From Candidatus Babelota bacterium (GTDB taxonomy: Bacteria > Babelota > Babeliae > Babelales > JAUPTZ01), in NCBI GenBank assembly GCA_030917815.1, contig JAUPTZ010000010.1, forward strand, positions 78,605-142,604: a stretch of DNA of 64,000 bases, read 5' to 3'. The notes beneath the pieces were generated by a model. It made no database searches. It was given only the letters and a program-made list of their open reading frames with translations, and was not told where the DNA came from. Made by a program: the position numbers and the translations under genes. This document shows, piece by piece, positions 18,197-26,837 of the stretch. Positions within the stretch are counted from its first letter, which is position 1. Each line of letters begins with the position of its first letter.

Positions 18197-19477
18197 ATGA
18201 GTACTCCAACACGACAACTGGGCTTTTGGCCGGTCTTTGCTTTAGTAACCGGCAGCCAGATCGGTTCCGGCGTTTTTATGCTTCCTTCTTTGCTGGCTCC
18301 CTACGGCCCCTATGCACTTGCCGGCTGGCTCTTTTCCGGTCTTGGCGCCATCGCATTGGCTCTCGTCTTTGCAAAGCTCTGTGAGGCCTACCCAGAAACC
18401 GGCGGCCCGCATGTATACGTCGAAAAATCGTTTGGGCGTACGGCCGCTTTTTTTACCGGATGGACCTACTGGATCGTATCGTGGGTAAGCACGACCATAG
18501 TATTTGCCGCCTGCGTTGGTTACTTACTACCGCTGCTTAATATATCTAATCCAATAGCTACTTTTTTACTACAGGCTCTGCTCCTTGTACTGGCCACTGC
18601 CCTCAATCTGCGATCGATAGAATCAATAGGAAAACTCGAATTTATCCTTACGCTTCTTAAAGTGGTGCCATTGCTGATCATTCCTGCCCTTATTATCTCC
18701 CGCTTCTCGATACACAACATCGTGCTCAGTCCTGCTATTGCAGCACTACCTACCGGCGATATCATTGGCCAAGTAACATTACTTACCCTCTGGTGCTTCA
18801 TTGGTGTTGAGTCGGCCACCACTTCGGCCGGCCTCGTTAAAAATCCGCACCGCACCATTCCCCTTGCTATCGTAAGCGGTACTGCAGCGGTCGCCGCACT
18901 CTACGTCTTTAACAGCCTCAGTGTTATGGGCGCCGTACCGGGCACCCAGTTAGCCGGCAGCATCACTCCCTATGCCGATGTTATACAATCTATATTTGGC
19001 GGCAGCTGGCACCTCGTTATTTCATTAATTTCGGCCCTTATCTGCCTGAGTACTATTGTTACCTGGGTTCTTACCAGCGGGCAAATTGCGTTGGGCCTTG
19101 CACAGCAAGGACTCTTCCCGGCCGCTTTCAAAAAAACAACGGCTACCGGGGCTCCCATCTGGGCACTCTTAGCCAGTTGCTGTGGCACCCTTCCCATCCT
19201 TGGCCTACTCAGCACACACTCACTGGCCCAACAAGTAAGCACCGTGATCGATTTCTCGGTCACCGCCTTCTTGTTTGTCTATGTAGCTTGTTGCGCCGCC
19301 TTCCTCCACTTCTTGTACCAAAAAAGAACTGCCTTTGGCCTTTCTTGGCTCGTCGGCATTGGAGCTACTTTTTTCTGTCTTTGGGTTATCACCCACACAC
19401 CGCTAAACACCATCCTAATCGCAACATTGTTCACGATCAGTGGTCTTCCACTCTACCTCTATCAAAAACAAGAATAA
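18197..19477 (+). CDS. APC-superfamily amino acid permease or antiporter
   Basis: About 12 TM helices. 'GSQIGSGVFMLPSLLAPYG' is typical of the basic amino acid/polyamine antiporter subfamily. Confidence 0.8.
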   Translation: MSTPTRQLGFWPVFALVTGSQIGSGVFMLPSLLAPYGPYALAGWLFSGLGAIALALVFAKLCEAYPETGGPHVYVEKSFGRTAAFFTGWTYWIVSWVSTTIVFAACVGYLLPLLNISNPIATFLLQALLLVLATALNLRSIESIGKLEFILTLLKVVPLLIIPALIISRFSIHNIVLSPAIAALPTGDIIGQVTLLTLWCFIGVESATTSAGLVKNPHRTIPLAIVSGTAAVAALYVFNSLSVMGAVPGTQLAGSITPYADVIQSIFGGSWHLVISLISALICLSTIVTWVLTSGQIALGLAQQGLFPAAFKKTTATGAPIWALLASCCGTLPILGLLSTHSLAQQVSTVIDFSVTAFLFVYVACCAAFLHFLYQKRTAFGLSWLVGIGATFFCLWVITHTPLNTILIATLFTISGLPLYLYQKQE

Positions 19478-19573
19478 GAGCGATTGTGCCGATTTCAACA
19501 AGACTTTCTTGCTTTTTGACCTCAACATTGTTTACAATCTGAATATGTAATACGACAGGGGAAATGGAGACCA

Positions 19574-20086
19574 ATGCGTATAAAACCAAAACGCCTACCC
19601 TACTTACGACAAGCATTACGAATTTGCGGCATCATACTTGCGGTGCCTCTTATTGCATGGCTTGCCGAGTTTGCCTATAACAATTACGTAGCGCCTTACC
19701 ATAAGGAAAGCACTGCGCAATATATGATTTTAAGTAATCATGGGCATGAAGGGTATGATTACACCAAACTCAATGCGCTGCTGCGTAAAATGCGCCGCAT
19801 TGAGATGCACTACAATCAAAGCCTTGATCTGAACAATGAGACCTTTCAGCGTCGCATTAATCAGACGCTTGAAGGACTTGATGAGGAAAATCGATCGTTT
19901 ATCACCTACTATTACAGTATTTTAGACCTGTACACACAGGCTAATATGCCGATAAAGCTTCGTCGACGATTGCACTATTACCGCACCATCATCCGTCACT
20001 CAATCGGCTTCTTGCGCCAACTGCAACAAGAGCTTGGCATGGTGGAACAAGAAGATATGCCACATCAGGGTATCGGTAAAATATAA
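19574..20086 (+). CDS. hypothetical protein with N-terminal membrane anchor (170 aa)
   Basis: 'LRICGIILAVPLIAWLAEFAY' TM helix. No recognised domain. Confidence 0.5.
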   Translation: MRIKPKRLPYLRQALRICGIILAVPLIAWLAEFAYNNYVAPYHKESTAQYMILSNHGHEGYDYTKLNALLRKMRRIEMHYNQSLDLNNETFQRRINQTLEGLDEENRSFITYYYSILDLYTQANMPIKLRRRLHYYRTIIRHSIGFLRQLQQELGMVEQEDMPHQGIGKI

Positions 20087-20110
20087 AAATCCCCCGCTTT
20101 ATGCGAGGGA
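20086..20110 (-). terminator. hairpin followed by a U-run on the minus strand only
   Basis: Stem 20090-20097 pairs with 20103-20110 (7 bp plus one C/A mismatch), loop TTTAT. The A-run at 20086-20089 becomes a U-tract only for a leftward transcript. Confidence 0.4.
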
Positions 20111-20133
20111 TCAAAGTCTAAATTTTACATAGT

Positions 20134-20200
20134 GAAGAAGCACCGCTTCATCCCTCTTTTGTGCATCGTTAGCTAGAGTGGAGACAAGCACCTCTTCTTC
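20134..20200. repeat. conserved-core hairpin element, copy 1
   Basis: Outer stem GAAGAAG / CTTCTTC encloses CCGCTTCATCCCTC, a 19-nt loop, then GAGTGGAGAC. Confidence 0.5.
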
Positions 20201-20326
20201 AAGAGACAGAATGAGTTTTTTGGAATCAAAACCGTTTTTAAGAACGGGATAATGATAACATAAACCACACACATGTCCACTGCGTATTTTCTCTCCCTAA
20301 TCAAAAAAATGGCGTCTGCGAAAAAA

Positions 20327-20376
20327 AGAGAGGCGCCGCTTCATCCCTCGATTACGAGTGGAGACGACGCCCTTCT
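20327..20376. repeat. conserved-core hairpin element, copy 2
   Basis: Outer stem AGAGAGGCG / CGCCCTTCT encloses an identical CCGCTTCATCCCTC, a 6-nt loop, then GAGTGGAGAC. Confidence 0.5.
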
Positions 20377-20416
20377 GACTTATATACACAGGTCGATATA
20401 CATAATTGTACATTAC

Positions 20417-20584
20417 TCATCGAGTGACAGGCTTTTGAGCTTTCATCGCGGGAAAAAATTCTTGTGGTTCTGCGCTCTTATGAACACATTTCAAAGAAAT
20501 GACGCTCGTAAAAACACTCAATAGTACAAAGCCCAACATCAGTTGCCACCTCTCTCGTGTTTTTTTAAAAATTTCATCAATCAT
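20417..20584 (-). CDS. possible small membrane protein (55 aa)
   Basis: The ATG at 20584 has an AGGA RBS 7 nt upstream. There is one TM segment, 'LMLGFVLLSVFTSVISL'. No homology recognised. Confidence 0.25.
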   Translation of the reverse strand: MIDEIFKKTRERWQLMLGFVLLSVFTSVISLKCVHKSAEPQEFFPAMKAQKPVTR

Positions 20585-20667
20585 TAACGTTCCTTTCAAT
20601 TTCGCACCTTAATTATCCCCAAAACTCAAAGTGAGAATATCAAAAAGTCCTTACATGTCCACAATAG

Positions 20668-21629
20668 TTACACTAGGATACTTGGGCTTGCTGGCCAAAA
20701 TTGGACCACAGTAACACCTGGCGCGCGGCAAAGTTTTTCAATTAATACGTCAGAATCACCAATTTGCCGCAACCATGATTCATTCACAATGAAAATTCGA
20801 TTACTCGGAAGTGTAATGACAGGCTGTTGCAGCATCAATCTTCGATCATCCCAATAATGATGAACCATCCTAACTGCTATTTCAGCCAAATCCCCATAGT
20901 CTCGCCCATATGAACAGGTCGCACCCATTGCCACACCTTCTTTGCAATTATTACCAAACAAAATTTTCTTATGTAGCCATGATAAATAAGCCAGCCTATT
21001 AACTGACATAGTCGAAAAACAACCCTCTAAGAGCATTACACTATCAATTGAGTCAACATTTTTTTCAAAGGCAACAACGGCATCATTTGCAGAATGAATC
21101 GGGACCATGGAAACTGAAAATCCTACCGCTCGAAGATAGTCAGCCGCAACATGCGCACGCTCATCAAGCAAACCAGAAAGACACTCTGGCCCATACGGAA
21201 GAAGAATATTACCAATGTACGGACGAAACAATGCAACTTTTTCTGGATACTCAATTGGCGAGTCCATCTCCATACTAACGCCAGACATAAAGCCACCAGG
21301 CTTCTCAAGTGATTGCACCAACCCAAGCTTTACGGGATCAATTACAGCAACGAAGGCTGTTTGATAACCTTCATCAAGCTCCTCATACATCTGCTTAGTC
21401 AACAATGAAAAATACTCGCCTATCGGCATCATAAAATCAAATTTTTCTGTGCCAACCCCATCATATTTAAGCGAAAATCTCGTTCATTAAACTGTGTTGA
21501 AATTAACCCTGGCTCATACACGCCTCGCAATGAAGGCACTTGGAGCCGTTTAAAAATGTCTAATGCTATAGCGCTGTGAACCTTATCGTCACCGCAAAAC
21601 ACAATCCCTACACGGCATTTTTTTTCCAC
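20668..21629 (-). pseudogene. ABC_sub_bind-type solute-binding protein paralog, split into 66-aa and 254-aa ORFs
   Basis: The two ORFs overlap as ATGA at 21429-21432. Together they align collinearly with the neighbouring paralog ('..KNLIL|MMPIGEYF' versus '..KCRILVVFGQVL'). Motifs 'VIDPVKLGLVQSLEKPGGFMSGVS', 'LLPYGP' and 'GATCSYGRDYGDLAE' are present. Confidence 0.6.
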
Positions 21630-21647
21630 ATAAACCCTTTTAAGTAA

Positions 21648-22631
21648 TCAACAACGCGGTTTGTCAATCCACCAATATACAATCTCAACATCATCAGACT
21701 CCCTAAGATCTTCAATAATTTCTTGCGGAACCCCCATCTGCAAAAGCAATGGTTCATTCACTATAAAATGTCTTTCATACTCAGACACTTTAAGCGGGAT
21801 TTTTCTAAAAGAAATTCCCTGCTCACAAAACATTTCAACAGCTTCATACAAATCATCAGCGAGAAGTCCGTAGTCCCCTCCATAGACACACGGCGCTCCA
21901 CATTCAAGAGCCTGCTTTCCATACCCTGAACAAAAAACAACTTTATTTCTCCAGCACAGCGAGATGGCTTCGGCCGCTCCAGCACCACACCCGCCCTCAA
22001 GTGTTATCACCATTCCGACATTTTTAAGATGAGCCGCAATAAGCTGAATAACCTCATATTGTGAAGCAACTTTATGAGCTTCAACCTCAAATCCATCATC
22101 CTCAAGATATTTTTTCAGTATCCTTGCTCGCTCAGCGGTACTATCTATTGGACCATGATCACAGTAGGGTAACAATATACGACGAATGCATTTCTTAAAA
22201 ACATGCACCTTTTTGGCAATCTCTTGGCTGCACGGGTGCTTCGCCGTAATAACCGCATGATTACCGGTGGGCCAACCAAACGAATCCACAAAACCACTCT
22301 CTATAGGATGAGCAACTCCCGAATAGATAGTCGGCATCAACTCACCAACTTCTCGATAAATTTCGAAAACAATACTACTCAATACCTGTCCAAATACAAC
22401 CAAAATACGGCATTTTTGCTCAACCATTTTTTCGAGCTGCGCAGCCACGACATCCTTACGAAAAGCAGCCTGAAACACTACCGGTTGGTATATAGATGGC
22501 TCACCATTGCCAAAGGAAAGCCGCCGAAACAGCTGAAGAGCAACCGCTTCATGAACCGGGTCATCGTGAGTCCTCAATATCGCCACACGACAGACCAGCC
22601 GCGGCTCCTTTTGTTGCATCTCATTCATCAT
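21648..22631 (-). CDS. ABC_sub_bind-type (COG2984-like) solute-binding protein paralog
   Basis: 'MPTIYSGVAHPIESGFVDS', 'ILLPYCD' and 'GAPCVYGGDYGLLADD'. No obvious signal peptide. The start is uncertain (ATG 22631 or TTG 22646). Confidence 0.7.
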   Translation of the reverse strand: MMNEMQQKEPRLVCRVAILRTHDDPVHEAVALQLFRRLSFGNGEPSIYQPVVFQAAFRKDVVAAQLEKMVEQKCRILVVFGQVLSSIVFEIYREVGELMPTIYSGVAHPIESGFVDSFGWPTGNHAVITAKHPCSQEIAKKVHVFKKCIRRILLPYCDHGPIDSTAERARILKKYLEDDGFEVEAHKVASQYEVIQLIAAHLKNVGMVITLEGGCGAGAAEAISLCWRNKVVFCSGYGKQALECGAPCVYGGDYGLLADDLYEAVEMFCEQGISFRKIPLKVSEYERHFIVNEPLLLQMGVPQEIIEDLRESDDVEIVYWWIDKPRC

Positions 22632-22642
22632 TAACGGCCCAA

Positions 22643-23722
22643 TCAATACTCGGTTTGATGCGTTCCAAAAATCGATTTGGCACGAAAAAGCGCTTCCTGC
22701 TTCTTGTCAAAGAAAATACCCTGCTCTTCTCGTTCATTGTCATTGATGTGAGCACCCGATTGCGGCGGAATGCATACCGTCTGCCAACCAAGGCCTCGCT
22801 CCGGTGTTGCTAAGAATTGTGCTACTAACGAAACCAATGGCGGCCCAAACGCGCCTCCAAAGACACCGCTTCCAATCGCCGCCCCTTCGTAGACCGAGTC
22901 AAGCTGCGATGCATAATGAGGCTTATGCACCTTCTTACACAGTGCGGTTAGTTCGGCCGAATAGAGTTCTGCGGTCGGTTCATGTAACGTAATGACCGCA
23001 TCACAACTCTTCAGTGTCGTACGTAGCCGAAAACTTTCCATGCTATCAAAGGTCCACCGGTGCGCGATCACCTCAATCCCATTGGCATAAAAAGCTTTCT
23101 TGAGCTCTGCCATTTGATATTTCATAACCTGAATCATATGATCGGTGCCATCGGTTATATTGTAGGGAACCAGCACCTTTTTTACCCCATCTTTTACCGC
23201 CATCAGATTATCGACATACGATTGCGGATCGGCCGGCCAGGAATACACCCCACCCAAGCTACTCCTATCGCAAGAACTTTGACCGGCTTGATGAAACAGC
23301 TCGGCCGGCGAGGTTGGCAAACAGAACAATTGCGGCAATCCCAAAACACCGATCGAACGGGCATACTCGATCATCTGACTTTCCCACCAGCCAGGGGTGA
23401 TAATAAACGTATGGCCCGGTTCTTTGACCGAGCCAGAAAGAATATCATGCGAGAATAAGGTATTGATAACCTGTTCTTTAGATCCATACGGCAGCGTGGT
23501 CGTAGTGATATAAAACTTAAGTTGTGGCATCGCCGATTCCAACGAACTTGCCAGCTGCTGACGTATCATCTCGGCCCAACGTAAATGCCCCTGTGAATAG
23601 ACAACATAAAAATTCATTATGTTGTCCGGCCCTCGACTGATTTGCCGCACCCCTAGAATGTTAGACCCCATCGAAAGACCGTGGAGAATAGCGGTCGTCA
23701 CCTTCTTAATAGCGCTGGCCAT
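22643..23722 (-). CDS. ABC_sub_bind-type solute-binding protein paralog (divergent)
   Basis: 'KVLVPYNITDG', 'EGAAIGSGVFGG' and overall collinearity with the paralogs. The ATG at 23722 has an AGGA RBS. Confidence 0.6.
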   Translation of the reverse strand: MASAIKKVTTAILHGLSMGSNILGVRQISRGPDNIMNFYVVYSQGHLRWAEMIRQQLASSLESAMPQLKFYITTTTLPYGSKEQVINTLFSHDILSGSVKEPGHTFIITPGWWESQMIEYARSIGVLGLPQLFCLPTSPAELFHQAGQSSCDRSSLGGVYSWPADPQSYVDNLMAVKDGVKKVLVPYNITDGTDHMIQVMKYQMAELKKAFYANGIEVIAHRWTFDSMESFRLRTTLKSCDAVITLHEPTAELYSAELTALCKKVHKPHYASQLDSVYEGAAIGSGVFGGAFGPPLVSLVAQFLATPERGLGWQTVCIPPQSGAHINDNEREEQGIFFDKKQEALFRAKSIFGTHQTEY

Positions 23723-24071
23723 AATTGTTTCCTTTTGGTTAAAAGTTGCAACAACTCCCAGGCTCGCCACTTAGACATTGCATGACTCAACCAGGGGGAG
23801 GTCGATTACTGTTATGTGTTTGGCACATTGTACATGTACGTCGCCATTGTTAAACAGGTTCGCGAGAAATGCAAGAGGAATTTTAGGGGCTTTTTCTAAG
23901 GCTTACTCAATATGAATAGTAGAATTGGCTGCAGAAGATAAGAATGAAGCTTTTTGCTGGCATAAATAGGCACAATAACACAGCAGCTCTTGGCATAATT
24001 CCCTTTACACGCCGCTATTTTTTCGTACAATGCGACAACATTTTGCGGGAGGCCAAGACTCAAGTCAGGTC

Positions 24072-24968
24072 TTACAGCGAAGCCAAAAACCCATGGACCC
24101 GCATCGCATAGTGTTGCGGATACGAGATATAGCAATAGGCATGCTTTGCCGGTGGGGTCAGCCACAACCAGGCCTCTGCGCGGCCATGCTGTTTCATTTT
24201 ACGAAACAACCGAATACTGTGTGACGGACTGGTTGTTGAATCGGTCGCGGCATGAATGAAGAGAATTGGAACCGAGATATGAGCGATATATTTTTCCGGA
24301 TTCATATCAAGAATCGGCCCGAGGATTTTTTGTAAAAACCAGGATGAAAACCGAATAAGTGGTCGAGGAATCAGAGAGAATTGACCGGCCGCTTCATTAA
24401 TGATTTCACTCAGCGTCGCATACGGTGAGTCTAAAATAAGTCCATCAATGCCAACCGATGTTTCGGCCGCCGCTTTTAACGCCGCTGCCGCTCCCATAGA
24501 AACACCCAAAACAACCAATGGCCTCAACGAAGCCAGCGGAATAACTTTACGGGCATAGGCAATAGCGGCCCGCACATCGTTACTTTCATAATACCCAATG
24601 GAAGAGAAGAAACCACCACTTTGGCCAAAGCCACGGAAATCAAACAGTAACGTATTGTATTCTTTAAACATGCCCAGATAGCGGGCCATCAATTCTTTTG
24701 AGTGACGATACCCATGGCACAAAATGAGAGTACCTTTAGCCTCCGGCCGTTTAATAAGCAACCCTGCCAAGGTCACTCCATCACTGGCCTGAAACGTAAC
24801 CTCTTTCCCACCATACACGCGACACACGTAGTCACGGATTTTAGCACGTCGCTCCTGATTGCCACTTGAGTGACCAAGTGTCAGACGAAGCATCATAAAA
24901 ATAATCACTAGAAAAACCAGAAGTCCGGCAACACCTGCAGCAAGTACCGCCGCTATTTTCTTCGTCAT
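24072..24968 (-). CDS. membrane-anchored alpha/beta hydrolase
   Basis: N-terminal TM helix, 'LILCHGY', and nucleophile elbow 'GVSMGAA'. Confidence 0.8.
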   Translation of the reverse strand: MTKKIAAVLAAGVAGLLVFLVIIFMMLRLTLGHSSGNQERRAKIRDYVCRVYGGKEVTFQASDGVTLAGLLIKRPEAKGTLILCHGYRHSKELMARYLGMFKEYNTLLFDFRGFGQSGGFFSSIGYYESNDVRAAIAYARKVIPLASLRPLVVLGVSMGAAAALKAAAETSVGIDGLILDSPYATLSEIINEAAGQFSLIPRPLIRFSSWFLQKILGPILDMNPEKYIAHISVPILFIHAATDSTTSPSHSIRLFRKMKQHGRAEAWLWLTPPAKHAYCYISYPQHYAMRVHGFLASL

Positions 24969-25022
24969 ACTCTCCCCAACCCCTTGCAGTAAAACACCTC
25001 GGGCATTGTGACGCGAAGCGTT

Positions 25023-25349
25023 TTAGCGACCAGCTAAAAAATGCCAATGCATATGAAAGACTACTTGCCCCGCACTTGCACCGGTATTTATCTGAAGATT
25101 AAACCCTTTATCGACCTGATTACCATAAGTTGCTGCAAGTTGACGCACAAGTTGCATCATTCCAACAACAATAGAATTGTGGAGATCGGTAAGGTCATTG
25201 ATGTTGATGATATGTTCACGAGGAATAATAAGAAGATGGATTGGTGCTTGCGGAGATCGGTCATGAAATGCGACCGCGAATTCGTTTTGAGCAACGATGG
25301 TAGTGGGGATTTCGCCAGCGGCGATTTTACAAAAGACACAATCAATCAT
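25023..25349 (-). CDS. HIT-family (HinT-like) nucleotide hydrolase, 108 aa
   Basis: 'CVFCKI..GE', 'HLLIIPREH' and histidine triad 'VFHMHWHFL'. The longer 210-aa ORF reads through the tRNA gene and is rejected. Confidence 0.9.
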   Translation of the reverse strand: MIDCVFCKIAAGEIPTTIVAQNEFAVAFHDRSPQAPIHLLIIPREHIININDLTDLHNSIVVGMMQLVRQLAATYGNQVDKGFNLQINTGASAGQVVFHMHWHFLAGR

Positions 25350-25502
25350 TGCAATATCCTCGTGCGTTTTATCTACCTGGATTGCCACGTCGCCGTGCTC
25401 CTCGCAATGACGCTTGCGCTGCTTTACTCGCCTAGCACTTTGGCGGCGCAGCCAGCCGTAGCATCTTCTCGCCAAGCCTCGCGGCGACGAGAAGGCGAAG
25501 GC
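25350..25502 (-). other. G+C-rich hairpin module between tRNA-Leu and the HIT gene
   Basis: Minus-sense hairpin 1 at 25465-25494: CUUCUC..GCC / GGC GAGAAG. Hairpin 2 at 25381-25408: AUUGC-GAGGAG-CACG[GCGA]CGUG-GCAAU, with a GNRA loop only in the minus sense. Confidence 0.3.
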
Positions 25503-25589
25503 TGGTGCCGAAGGTCGGACTCGAACCGACACAGTATCACTACCGCGGGATTTTGAGTCCCGTGCGTCTACCAATTTCGCCACTTCGGC
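25503..25589 (-). tRNA. tRNA-Leu (anticodon CAA), type II, CCA encoded
   Basis: Folded by hand. Acceptor GCCGAAG/CUUCGGC, 3-bp D stem, anticodon stem CGGGA/UCCCG with loop CUCAAAA. Long variable arm, T arm GUCGG-UUCGAGU-CCGAC, then ACCA. Confidence 0.9.
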
Positions 25590-25787
25590 ATGAAATAACA
25601 AGATGGGGCCGAATTTAACACAACTTTTTCTCAATGTCACGGTCATTTTGTACATCTCTATATGAAATGATGGTTGTTTTATAAAAAAGCCCCTTGACTA
25701 ACTCGTTTATTGTGTCACTATTTACAGTCATGATCATAGAATAGCGGTACCGGTGCCACCTCCACTTACCATACGAAAGCGACCCTC

Positions 25788-26837
25788 ATGGGACAATTGA
25801 CCGATCTACTGCAGCTTGCACCAGAGCAAGAACCAACTCAGCCGACGATTGATTCGATGCCTCACGTCATCGTGGGACTCCGTGGCCTGGTAACTTCGCA
25901 CCGCTCTCGTCCTTTTAATATTGCAATTCTTACTCGTTCTCGAGTCGCCGGCATTCGCCAGGTTATTCATGGTTTAACCGAACATGTTAACCTTCATGCC
26001 CCAACCGAATTTTCATTTACCTGGTTTGACGGACAGAACGACGAGAAAAAAGTCATGGAACATGCTATGCATATCACGAACCGTTACACGATGCCGTATG
26101 ACGCTATTGTAACTATTGGAAGGATGGCTACTCAAGTTGCTTCTCGCGCTGCACTTCTCCTCAATATCCGCATTCCTATTGTATTTACGAGCATTACCCA
26201 TCCTTCCCATTTAGGCATCATGTATGCCGGGTCACAGGGCCGCCAAAATATTACCGGCATTTCGACTAATGATCCTGAATATACGTCACCGGTTAACCTA
26301 CTCCAGGGGCTCAAGAAGACGGTTCAAAATGTATTGCTGCCGTACGATCCTTATGCGGTCGGCATTCATCAGCGGATTAGCGAGATGGCCCGATTATTTT
26401 TAAGCCGCAATATACAAGTCCAAATGTTACCGGTACAAAAAACCGAGCTGGTAACGAGCCAAATCTCCTCCTTCATTCATCATATCGATACGATCGTTAC
26501 GTTGCGCAACGAAATTATCGTCAATAACATGCCGGCAATCGTCACCATGTGCAACGATTTCGGCGTCACTATTTTTAGTTCAGATCTCGCCTCGGTTGAG
26601 CAAGGAGCCGCTATCGGATTCAGCCCCAAAGACCATATCCAGGGCATGGAAGCCGGCAACTATTTGATAACCATTTTCAAAGAAAACATTCGCCCCGAAG
26701 AATTACCGGTCAAAGATGTAGCAAACATTTATTTTGTTGGTATTAACGAGTCAACCATTGGTCGGCAGGGAGTCACCATCTCTCCTGAAGAGCTCGCAAG
26801 CATCCCCAATAAAGTTCTCTATAAAAAGGAAGATTAG
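25788..26837 (+). CDS. ABC_sub_bind-type solute-binding protein paralog
   Basis: 'IPIVFTSITHPSHLGI', 'NITGIST', 'LLPYDP' and 'QGAAIGFSPKDHIQGMEAGNYL..PEELPV' follow the family pattern closely. No signal peptide. Confidence 0.75.
   Translation: MGQLTDLLQLAPEQEPTQPTIDSMPHVIVGLRGLVTSHRSRPFNIAILTRSRVAGIRQVIHGLTEHVNLHAPTEFSFTWFDGQNDEKKVMEHAMHITNRYTMPYDAIVTIGRMATQVASRAALLLNIRIPIVFTSITHPSHLGIMYAGSQGRQNITGISTNDPEYTSPVNLLQGLKKTVQNVLLPYDPYAVGIHQRISEMARLFLSRNIQVQMLPVQKTELVTSQISSFIHHIDTIVTLRNEIIVNNMPAIVTMCNDFGVTIFSSDLASVEQGAAIGFSPKDHIQGMEAGNYLITIFKENIRPEELPVKDVANIYFVGINESTIGRQGVTISPEELASIPNKVLYKKED

Noticed and set aside
18130-18384. An 84-aa ORF with a TTG start overlapping the permease promoter and 5' end.
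   Set aside because: It overlaps a near-consensus promoter and is out of frame with the well-supported APC permease gene, so it is a likely artefact.
20134-20376. The two conserved-core repeats considered as a mini-CRISPR array or as tRNA-like genes.
   Set aside because: There are only two copies about 190 bp apart, the variable part is inside the repeat (the loop) rather than between repeats, and no cas genes are present. Copy 1 has a 7-bp acceptor-like stem but no D or T arms and is only 67 nt.
25023-25655. A 210-aa ORF in the supplied track spanning the HIT gene, the G+C-rich spacer and the tRNA region.
   Set aside because: Only the C-terminal 108 aa (from ATG 25349) are HIT-like. The upstream part '..AEVAKLVDARDSKSRGSDTVSVRVRPS..' is simply the translation of the tRNA-Leu gene and its trailer.
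25350-25800. tRNA-Leu as an integration site for a genomic island carrying the binding-protein paralogs.
   Set aside because: No integrase or recombinase gene is present, and I did not spot a direct repeat of the tRNA 3' end elsewhere in the window. The idea remains untested rather than supported.
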